DNA of 64,000 nt, from positions 7,217,849 to 7,281,848 of the forward strand of contig CM082597.2 in NCBI GenBank assembly GCA_040954595.2. Reading direction: 5' to 3'. Shown piece after piece: positions 14,920 to 26,500 of this stretch. How positions within the stretch are numbered: the stretch's first letter is position 1; each line of letters begins with the position of its first letter. The position numbers and the translations under genes were made by a program. The notes under the pieces are model-generated. The model made no database searches and was not told where the DNA came from. It worked only from the letters and a program-made list of their open reading frames with translations. The DNA is from Balanoglossus misakiensis (taxonomy: Eukaryota > Animalia > Hemichordata).

Positions 14920-15753
14920 GTGATGGTGATGATGATGATGATGATGATGATGGTGATGATAATGATGGTGGTGGTGATGATGATGATGTCATTATTTTTA
15001 GGATAAATTCCTCTACAAGTGGATGGCAGTGGAGTCACTACTCAAACATCAGGTCACCTCAGCATCTGACGTTTGGTCTTTTGGCGTTGTGTTGTGGGAG
15101 ATATTTTCTCTTTGTAAGTACGCTTCCGAATTCTATACTTACATATTTAGTTACAATTTGACGTGTCTTTTATGTGTGCTCGATTCGAGTTATAATAAGG
15201 TATTGTAAAGCCTTATAAAACTTTTTTGTTCAACTTGAAATATTATCACATCATTTTTATGCATTGTGTACAGGTAAAGTGCCATATAAACACATGTCGC
15301 AGAGTGATCTAATCTCTCTGTTTGAGAAGGGACACCGAATGATGAAACCTACAAGCTGTGAAGATGAAATGTAAGATTTTCCCCTGCTCCTGTATTATCG
15401 TGTTGGTCAGCTCAAGGAATATGGAATTCGACTATTTTGTGTCCCCATTTTCTAACATGCATATCCAAGTTCGCCATTTACCCATTGTACAATCCCCACC
15501 ATGTAATGTAGCTACATTTGGTTGACATTTTATAATTTGTTATGTGCCAGATGATAAAAATATTAGTATCAATCCTGCTCGTCTACACATTAATGTTAAA
15601 TGTTAGATTAAACCCATACGTGTTTTCAATAATTGAATGATTTTGGTTTCTCCCAGATATGAACTGATATTAGCTTGTTGGAAGACAAGCCCAGAGGCCA
15701 GACCTACGTTCTCAGCAATTCATGAACAACTGCAAGATCTCAGCTACAAGTAG
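5885..15753 (+). CDS. Ig/FN3 (nephrin-like ectodomain) single-pass receptor with tyrosine pseudokinase domain, tandem copy B
   Basis: Exons: 5885-5999 (signal peptide; start could be 5923), Ig exons 6294-6605, 7848-8144, 8409-8681, 9311-9577, 9766-10092, 10487-10828, 11095-11394, FN3 11620-11892, TM 12086-12229 ([23 protein letters not shown]), 12612-12656, 12901-13076, kinase-fold exons 13298-13475 (EFPRDRL...VAIK), 13587-13700, ~14290-14456, 14596-14718, 15002-15113, 15274-15370, 15657-15753 (TAG). Phases are consistent; Ig exons show C..W..C patterns. Confidence 0.9.
7636..7838. repeat. ~200-bp foldback hairpin (end of a palindromic non-autonomous element) in RTK intron
   Basis: ACAGAACCCCATGGCTCAATCGTGCAAGCACGGCGTA...CCCCGCACGAGC-TGTC-GCTCGTGCGGGG...TACGCCGTGCTTGCACGATCGAGCCATTGGGTTCTGT is near-perfectly self-complementary. 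Confidence 0.85.
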
Positions 15754-17283
15754 GATGTAAGTCAGTTCTTGTATATAATGATATGTCTGCCACTGTAAAA
15801 CTCAACTGCTGGGATAAAATCAGCTTTAAGAGGCAACCTTTTGGAACGTCTGCGGATTATAAAGCCTCTGGTAGGGGTATGGTTTTGCTCGATCTGTTTG
15901 GTGTGAACTGTGCAATCGTGCGAACTGTGCGATGATTTAGCTTATTTTAAACATATATGGCTCTAAGTGAATGTGAGTCAAGAGCCAGTGGCATATACCT
16001 TTTAAAGTTTTTTTTTCATTGTATTAAAACAGGTTTGATTCACATTCCATCCACATCAATGGCACCACCAAGTCTGTGTGAAAAGTCTCGGGCTGAAACG
16101 TCGTTGGAGTTTAGAAAGATGTCTGCTATGTAATATATAAAAATATGCCAACCACATGAATATTGCTTATTGTTTAAAACATTGTATATCTCAGCTGCTA
16201 CTTATAGCTAAACATGCGCATGATAAAATGTACTTGAACTCTGGCTTACAGTACTACGTTGGAAAGCACGGTAAACATACAAGACAGGTTTTTTGTGGCC
16301 TCGTAAACGAGTAAAAAAAGCTGGTTGAAAGATAATTAATATGTACCAGAAAGAACAATTATTCTCTCAGTGTCTCAATGTCCATCCTCTGGTAAATAAT
16401 TAATATCCATTAGTTTACAGATTAAACGTAAAGAAAACAAAATACACCGCTGGTTATGATAGACTTCAAACCAACAAATGTCAAGTACACCCACTAACCA
16501 CTGAAGTCTAATCGTAACTGTTTTTTCTAGCTACTCTAGTCAAACGAAGACCTTACTTATGTCACATTTGCTTCAGTACAAAAATTCTGTGACAAAATTG
16601 TATTGAATAATCACCGCTGACGTTAGCGTTTGGTAGATCTCTTTATACTGCATAACATTGAAACAACACAAAAAATACTCTGGTATAACAAGATACTCTT
16701 CAGAACTTTTAAAAATATTACTCAGTATAGTTTATTTGGAACAATTTACTTACCGAAAACCCACGTCATTATAGTAAAAAATAATACCTTAGTAATACTT
16801 TTAAACTTTCCATAGGTATATTGTTCTCTCACAATGTTCGATGTACTATGGAAGATGTAATGGTTAATGACCAGCTGTTTATGTCACGTGATATCAAAAG
16901 TAGTCACCAATCTACTACAGTTTTGTAGCTTTCATTGTAAGAGCCATGTTACCTAAAGAGTCCCAATTTTTACCTTACTTATTTGTAATTTAGATACATG
17001 TATTCAGATCTTACTGCTACTGACATTTTCTGTGGCAAAAACAAATGGATAAGAGGAACTCATAGTATTTACAATCTTGAGAATAAAATCACACACAGAT
17101 TATTCTCGCAAGTCATCTCGATTGCTCATTTTTCCTAATCCAGGATATCCGATTGACATTGAGGAAAATATTCAAGATATATTTTCTCACTCATGTAACC
17201 TATTGCCATGAACAATTTTGACACACACATCTAGTACACAAATTATAGATTTGAATAAAAATCATACTGTGTTATCAACTGAG
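14368..17283 (+). repeat. Segmental/tandem duplication, copy B (paralogous to 1-2897)
   Basis: Direct alignment by eye; ORF-track peptides at 13/14203, 388/14755 and 635/15023 are duplicated. Confidence 0.95.
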
Positions 17284-17378
17284 TCTAAAGTAATAATAAT
17301 TGTGAAGAGCAGATATGAGACAGTCAAATATGGGTGGGTCAAGTTTTTTTATGTACATGGTATGTATGTATGTATATG

Positions 17379-17431
<53 letters not shown>

Positions 17432-17589
17432 ATGTATGTATGTATGTGCGTGCATGTGTGTGGATGGATGGATGGGTGGGTGGATGGACGTATGTATGTA
17501 TATGTGTGTGTGCTCTGACTGTCATAGTTTTTTCAGGGTAATAACGTGTGCAAACCAGACCTCGAACTGATGCCAAACTATATGAGATC

Positions 17590-20500
17590 TCATATCTTTG
17601 AATATGAAAACACACTATTAAGGGAAGTGAAAAGGCCGGCCTGATTTACGGCTGTAACAACGGCGTGGTATTCGACGGATGGATCGATTCCGGTCACCAG
17701 ATGGTTAGTGTTCCGAGTTTCCAACCATTTGATGATAGCATTACTCCCGCCATACAAAGTCGTCACGGTCACTTCATAAATCATGGGAGAATGGCTGTAG
17801 AAAGCCTCACGCCAACTGAGATGGACTGTGTTTTTGTCTGGCCACGTGTGCTGGATTTCCTTACCTGTGATGCAATAGAAGTATAATCTTATAAATCAGT
17901 GCAAATACTCGTTATCAATGCATTCTATGTTATTATGTGTAAACTGTTGGCCGATTGGTGTGTCTAATAAGTGATTTGCGTTCTGCTTCATCTGGCCGAA
18001 GTTCTCTCATCGTTTGCTAAAAGCAGATTGGGATAAGGCGAAGTTGTAGGCACCGGTTGCCCTCAGCTAGCATACTACGTGCATGCTCGTTGGCAATCTT
18101 GTCTTGACATGGGGTCTTATTTCCTTATTTCTCTATTGGCTACATGATTGACTAATTATTATTGATCGTCGTCGTTTCAAACGATGTAGACTGAGATATA
18201 GTGAATGCAACATTTGGGGGTCTTCCAAGTTGTTATATCCCCATTGAAAAATAACTGCCCCATTATTCACTATACGCATTGTATTTTACTATTTCGGGCC
18301 GTACCATTAGGTCAAATAAAACATAGGTGATGTTCCGATTTGTAAGTAGGTAGGGATTTTTTTATTTTGCAATTTTTTTGTATCTTTGGCCGCCGTAGTG
18401 TATATGAATGACGTCATAGACTTTGTATTTTTGACATCGTTATTTTTACTTCCGGTTTACGAAACTCTAAAAGTTTAGGGTCGGCGGGCTAAAATTGGGT
18501 AGGTCGCGTAATCGGAACAGCACATATTTTTGTTTTGTTTGGCCTTACGTACCTGTCAACATTGGTGGCACTGTTTCTATAGTCAGATTGGTCATCAAGA
18601 TTTCGCTTTTGAAACCGCCGTGGTTGACGGCTCGCAGTAGCACCCGGTAGGTGAATGGTTCAGAGCCACCGTGGTGAAGACCCATAAGTAGCGCAGCGTT
18701 CTCACCATTTAGACCAAGAGATCTCCACTCCCCCTTATTACCACCATTAACAACAAGTTTACACTGAAAGTGAAAGGTCGTTAAGAGAACTGAATATGCA
18801 GAATTACAACCGCTGTATCATCACTGGTTTGTGAAGATAACACATTTACTGGGCCAAGGTCTCTCTCTCGCTGCCTTTTCCATTGATTATGTTTCATACA
18901 AGACATCGTTTATGTTATTCTACATGAGGATATATAGTGAATAAACGTTCAACCACGCACACCTTCCATTCCACTTGTAGACACGAGAGTGAAAAAATTG
19001 CCAAAATGAATAATCACTCTCTGTCATTTATTCATTTTGGGCGAGTTTTTACTCTCATATCCTACAAACGGGATGGAAGTTGTGTGTGGTCGAACGTTGA
19101 TTCACTATATATCTACATGTATAATAATACAAACAGTGTCTTGTATCAAACATAATTAATGGATAAAGAGCAGCGAGAGAGAGACTTTGTCCCTTTAAAG
19201 AAGCATTGTAGAGGTAGATGTATTGGGGGCGACTGCAATCTGTAGGTGGCAGTAGTGACCATGACGTACTACTGAGCCTTGTGAATACGTGGTTTTCCGC
19301 TCATTGCGGGTTGCTAGCCAAGTAATACAAGTCAAACTTTGTAAGAAACTAGAATTCTTCGATATCAAATGACGTCAGACGCGTGCAGGCGGCAGTAACG
19401 TGCGCATTCAAATTTCCAGATGACGGGCAAATTCAGCAACGTGGACTTACGTGGTGCAGACAAAGACTGTGCAGATGAAATGCAACGAGGCTGATGAGGC
19501 ACCATACCTGATACATGTTACGTGTTTGGCGGTTCTAAAGTAAAAACATACTCGGAAAAACTTTTACTAGATGCCGAAATATTGCTTGCCCGTCATCTGA
19601 AAATGACAACGCCGTTGGTCGCATGGCCAGATCACGTGATTGATAGTAAAGAATAGGTGCAGAATTGAACATATTTGTGCCATTTAACACGACGGGCCAT
19701 GCGTTCTTTGTTCTGTGTCACATGAGAATGTCCTCCCAAATAAACTGTATAGCCACATGAGATCTCGCAGGGTCTCGCGGAGTTCTGAAAATGGTGTATT
19801 GACAGACTATTGCCTACTAGTAAAGTATATTTAATTAACTCTATCATAATCAACTGAAGTCACAAGATGTTCCTCAGATGACAACACAAATTCTAGGACA
19901 TGATATAATTGTGTTTCACCTTACCTCGTACTTGGCCAACCCTGCAAAATCCACAAACCCGTCCCAAACAATGGCAATGCTGTTATTGTCAGCCTGGTGA
20001 TTCTGTCGGGTTCCAAATATCGACGGAGAGCTGGTGACCACACGCAGCGTCGCCTCATTCGCGCTAGGGGGATCTTTCACGATGACGACTCCATCAGAAG
20101 TCTGCTGGCTCGAGAGACCAGCTCCGTTCTTGCATCGTACTGTACAGTACACCGTTTGTCCGTGTGTCAGTTTGTTGGGAAAGTCGCTTTGTGAGAAATT
20201 CATCGAGTCTGTTCTTGTGAAATCCAACAATGATTCTGAACCTGGGCTGAAACCTGAAGCAGAAGAGACAGCCACACGTGACCAGTTTTAGTGTTTAAAT
20301 GTTACTTTCAAATAATGCTAAATCTTTTAAATGACTCGCGAGACTAAATCGAGGGACAACATCGAGGGACAATGGGGCGACTTGTACTTACCAACGGCCC
20401 ATTCACAGAATTCAACGTCACTTTCTGGATCGTAAACATTCCACTGGACGGAAATGATGGAAGAGACTTGGTAGGCAGCGTCCACCTCTTCATCTGAACC

Positions 20501-23500
20501 ATCCTATAGAAAAATAGCAGAGAGGTGGCTGGAATGTTACAGAGACCACTACGGGCAAGCATCATACAGTATTATTTTGCCGCTGCTATTCAGGTATTTA
20601 ATAACTATTGACCATATGCATGTACACGTTTTTTGACAGGAGAAATAAGCCAATTGTTATTGTACGTGCGATTTTTAATATCATGGAAGACACTTGAAGA
20701 CACGACAAATAAAGAACGACCCTTTTCCTGGCTCAGTGGCACTAGCAGCAGGTAACCTAGGAGACCAAAGTCATGGAACAAGTAAAATTCCGTGCCCATA
20801 CCTTGATGCGTAGCTTAGATTAAGAGTCGTATATTAGTGTAAAGAAAATGCGATTTTACTGAGGCTATCCCTCAAGCCGTCAAGGCACTCTGAAATCGAC
20901 GGACAAAACTATTCGGCTAAGTGTTTCCGGCCTAAAAGATGCAGTCACAGGTACAGTGTTAGATGTTACCCCAGTGGTACAATGTGTTCAATGCGCGTAT
21001 ACAAATACACAAATATATTCTGTATGCAAAACATGGAAGAAAATGATTACCGATATTTTTATATTATGTTAAACAAATACTACCTTCAGGCAGCACATAA
21101 CAGGAGGGGTCAAATCTATCAAGACTGGTTCCGAGTACAACGCATTGTGGAGATCAGCCGCGTTTCTGGCAACCACAGTAATGTACAATGACAGACCGTT
21201 GGTAAAAAACAGATTATCAGCGAGAGCATGTGTTGATCGTCCGACAGATTTGAAGGACTGGATTTGTGTTCCTCCTGAAAAGGAAAGAAGCGAAAAAAGT
21301 TAGAAAGAGTGCCTTTGTATTAAAGATGAAATAGAGACTCAAGGTGACAAAAAGTGTGAGGCATTTCTAATCTTAAAGTAAGTTAGTCTTGAATTAACTA
21401 TAGAAGATTGGCTTTCTCTGGTGGATACGTGTCTCTTACCGTGAACAGTGCCAATGGCCCACAGATACTCAGCAATGGGACTTTCAACGTCAATCATATC
21501 CCACGAAGCCATCACTTCAAACGTTTTACCATCAGTTCGGATATCGACGTACACTGATTTAGCAGACTGCACTGTGATTTCATCAGTACTTGTCGAAAGT
21601 TGCAGGATTCTGACGTCATCAATAGCAATAGCTGAATGTAAAAAATATATACATGATACATAGTTAACCAGATGTTTGCACAGAATTATTTAAATACTCC
21701 CCTTCCAAACAGGCCCCTTCAAGATTCCTGACGGTGACCAGCATAGGGCATATAAACTGTTTCATTCTTTAAAAAGCAAAACACAGTCTGTGTACTTAAA
21801 CAGGTCAAAATTAAAATTATTATGATTTTCAACCTGGTGATAATTAAGAAATGAAGAAAGCCTGACAACAGTTTAGAACAATTCCTCTCTTATATAAACT
21901 AACCATTTCTATCGCCAAGCGATCCGATCTTTATGCTTGAGGATGTTGACGCAGCCGTGAAGTAAAGCGCATGCTCAAACCACTGAAGAACCTCTCCTTT
22001 GTCTTGGTCACCACTTCTTTGGAAAAAGTGGAACACGCGATGAATTCCTGGAACCTCAACATAGCCTTCCTGTGCCAGAAGTGGCGTGGTCGACTGATTG
22101 GAGTGACTGGCATAAAAGGAAAGCTTGTATTTACCACCTTCCGCAGTCTCGATAGTTTGACTGGCAGTTCCGTACAGAATAAGATAAGCACTTCCGGTTT
22201 GTGTCACTGGGGCTGATGACGTTTGGACATGGCCATATCCTTCGATAAACCATACTTCAGGAAGACATAGGAATGACCCAGCATCGGCGCAGACGATTAT
22301 TGTTGCATTCACGTCATTCGGGGCCCCCTCTATGTCCTCAAATGATGGGTTTTTAATCAAGTTTGACTGGCTCACATATGATGACTTTGCCATGGGAGGC
22401 GATGTATCCAAGTATACACCATCTGAGACTGCTGGCAATGAGATTAGTCCCGCAGCATCGACAGCCATTACCTTGGAAAAATACTTTTCACCTGCAATTA
22501 TATATAATTATAATCAATTACTAAATATCCCATGCAAAGTAAATCGGACGATGATTACTCGTTATTCCTTGTTACTCTTCATAAGAAATGATCCGTACAA
22601 CATGCAGTTGAAGAATGAAAACATGATCGAGCATTTGTGACAATTTCAGACGAAAACAATGACGCAACTACTAGTATTTCTAACTTTGAAAATACTATAC
22701 AGTGAATCGCGAAATGAACACATGAAGGGTTACTTTTCTTACAACTTGTGAACTTGTGGTGGTGTCTATTTTACCTGCTGTGATGGATAAGTTCAATGTT
22801 CTCGCCATCGACAGATGTAGACCGACATTTTCACATGGCAATATGTCTTCGGCGCCTGGGCTACTGCCCACACACCATAGATAGTGATGTATGGATGATT
22901 CAAGGTCTGAGAAGCCATGCCAGGAAGCTGCAACTACAGAACTTGAATTCTGGTAGTCAGCATCGTGAAGGCCTAGTCCATCATGTACAACTCCAGCTGT
23001 AGGGGGAATGTTGTCAATCTGAAAAATAGAATTAGTCGCAAAAATGTTAACAGATGGTACATCAAACGGTTCACCAAAAAGAGTATGACATATATGGTAT
23101 TAGTCTAATATCAGGCTTAATACTTTATATTTACATGACAGATATTGTGAACTATTTTAACTGATAATTAAAGGGACAAAGACTCTCTCTCGCTAAGTTT
23201 CCATTATTATGTTTGATACAAGACACTGTTCATATTATTCTACATGTGGATATATAGTGAATGAACGTTCAACCACACACAACTTCCATCCCAATTGTAG
23301 ACACAAGAGTGGAAAAACTCGCCTAAATGAATAATTGGTGTACCATTTATTCATTTGGGTGAGATTTTTTTCTCTCATATCCTACAAACGGGATTGAAGT
23401 TGTGTGTGGTCGAACATTGATGCACCATATATCCACATGTAGAATAACATAAACGATGTCGTGTATGAAACATAATTAATGGGAAAGGGCAGCGAGAGAG

Positions 23501-26500
23501 AGACTTTGTCCTTTTAAGTCACTGCAGTAACAATTGCCACTGGAATAATACAGACGACTTCAAGGTCTGGCGACCACTGTTGAATGTTGAGTTGCAGGAC
23601 ACGACATAGAAATGCCAAATTGGCTTAGCCTTTTACGCTTATTATTTTATGACTCTCCCCACAGATCATTGTGATTACAATTCTCTATGATTCAACTGGT
23701 TTTCTTACTGTCACTCCGTCTGATGATGCTATTGACATCAAGCCCACGTGGTTGACAGCCATTACATTCGAATAATATGTCACACCACTTTGAAGATGAA
23801 GATCAGTTATTGTAGTAGAAAATTCATTCGGTGCATAAGTGGTGCTGTTATATGGTCGGATGTCATCACCTGTGGAGAAACATTTAGCACTATGTTACCA
23901 ATATTTTATCACGGATAACAATCACCTTCCTTCTGACAAATTAACCGCCGAATCGATCGCCACTTCACCATAGCAGTACCATGCTATATAGTTGTTCACC
24001 AGGTATATCTCGGGAATCGAGAGAGAATACTATAGAAATTTTTAAACTCTGTAGTTTTGTACACAAAGCATTTCAACTGAGAAATGATGCTCTGAACTCG
24101 AATAACCTTCAGCAATCAAATGCAAGACCCAGTAATAATGTATTTGGCAACATTTGTATTTGAGAAATTGTATGTGATTACTATGTGCTTTTCCTTTTCT
24201 TAAATGTGAATGAAAAGTGTCTTGTGTGAACCAGTTGAGAAATACCCTCTTGTTTATGGGCCGGAGACCTTGACATACACATACATGTGCACATACATGC
24301 ACTTGACTTTACTTGACTTAACGAGGGACCTGTATTTGTTCACCGGGTATATCTCGGGAATCGAATGTTGATGGAGTAACACTTACCTCCTGGGTGCGTG
24401 CTGATCGAGACCATATAATAGTTTATTGAGGAACCAGAATTCAAGAACACATTTTCCCATAAAATCCCCAGGGTACCAGTAACCGCGGAGTAGTCGACGT
24501 CTACAACATTAACCACGTCTATTACATCTTTCACCTGCATAATATGACATGTGAGATTGATGTGATGCACATAAACAGCCAAAACGTGCACACAGATAAG
24601 TTCGAAATAATGTTCTAGCTTACAGTGGTAACATGCAATGAAACAAGTTTGTTGCTGGTAAATGCAGAAATGTAAACATTTCACAAATATGAAAGTTGAA
24701 GGCATTGCGTTTTACATACCTTTCTTGAAGTTGAGATTCTAGGAGGGCGATAATCAGGCTTGGCACCATCAGAAGTGAACACACCAAAGGTTTGATCATT
24801 GTACCATGCTTTGATATAGAACACATAGGAGACTTTCCCACTGAGGGAACCTGTGTGGATATAGTAAATTTATTGAATACCTATTGCCTGGCCATGAGGG
24901 CCGTAGCAGCCGTTTATTACCCCCAAGGGGCTGTCAGTTACCAGAATCACATGCTATTTGCATATGCTTCTGGTAACTCACAGCCACGACGGGGTAAAAC
25001 GGCTGCTATGGCCCGAATATAGGCAAGGCCAAAGGTGTTTTATAATAAAACCTCATGCTAACAGTCACGTGACCGGTTTATATTTTTTCTGCTATTTCCC
25101 TCGGGATTCTAGCCGATTCTATTTTCCTATCACGTGACGGATTCTGGCGAAACACGACACAGTATTAGCATGAGGTATATTATAAATTATGTTATGAACA
25201 CAGAAGCTGGCAATAGTTTAAATTCCTAAGCTTTAAAAATGACAATTAAATTTCATTGTTACATATTGTCATATTTGGCCTACCGTCTTTCTTTGTGAAG
25301 ACTGCAAAGGTATTTTGGCCGGCGTCATGCCATAATCGATCAAATGCGGGGTTAAGAAGACCTGCACCAATGTCCTCGCCTTTGCTGCCAACACTCCATT
25401 CGTACCGCTGTACTGGTACACCTGAGGTATTTGCAAAGAACGTGACAATGAAGTGGAAATATAATTTCTTTCTTTCTTTCTTTCTTTCTTAAATCAACAC
25501 ACTTTCAACGATCAATGTGACATACGGAACACAGTTGAATTTACTCAGTAAAAAGACTCCAGAAAGGTAATTACCACCACCAACAGCTCTCCACTTGGCC
25601 GCTATAGTGCATCTTGATGAAGTGAAATCTACGTCCTCATAAACACTGTCGGTTGCATCAGTGTGGTAGTCTGTTACGTCATAAACCTCAACTTGTTGAT
25701 ATCGATTGTCTCCTGAAAGAAGCAATACATTTGTACGAACTTGCAAAGTAAGAATGTATTTATCTTTCGCTTTATGTAGAGTCACTCATCCTTGACATGA
25801 ACGGTGTTTTCTCTATGGGTAAGGTTAATTAAATTAAATAAACAATCATGAGCTCGTAACTAACGTTCCTTTCTTTAGAGTATATCTTGTGAGCATTCAT
25901 ATAATGATTTTTTGTATAAATGTACCGGGGTTAATATTGTTATGCATATTACCATTAGATTAATAAGAAATTCTCTACTGCATAAATCACATGAAATATA
26001 CAGTTCATTTGTAATTTGCTAGTGAACTGCATTGGGAAGATTATTCGTTTCATATCTTAGGAACGTCATACGGTTTCACATGTATTATTCCCAGTACAGT
26101 AAGATGACATTGCATAAATCGTAAGTGTGCATTTAGTATGATTCTGTTCGTACTAATAACTGACGCTGTACCTGTTTTATCATTACACTGTTCTGGTGTC
26201 CTCTGGCATACTTGGTTTTGTGGTGCGCATGTGCAGTCTCCCTGGCAGGTCTGGACGTCGCATCTCCTCAACAGGGAGAGAGTACCGCTCGTGATGTCTG
26301 TTCTTGTCACTATGAAACTTTCGTGAGCTTCGTAACTTCTCAGGCCCACCTACAGAACGAAAGTAATGTATATAAACTTGGTATTTGTTCTGTGACCAAG
26401 CGTTCTTACTTGAACCATTTCACCACCATGGTTCAGTCCAAATTCACTGTTTTCTATGGTAAAGTTGGGCCCCTAAAGGGGGAACTGGAGGTGAGAGGGT

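Noticed and set aside
5885-15753. Naming the receptor nephrin, PTK7 or FGFR
   Set aside because: 7 Ig + FN3 + TM + pseudokinase matches none exactly (nephrin has no kinase domain; PTK7 and FGFR lack FN3); orthology needs a tree.
23997-24365. 24-bp direct repeat CACC(A/G)GGTATATCTCGGGAATCGA flanking ~320 bp
   Set aside because: No TIRs or poly-A tail between the copies; most simply a small local duplication.
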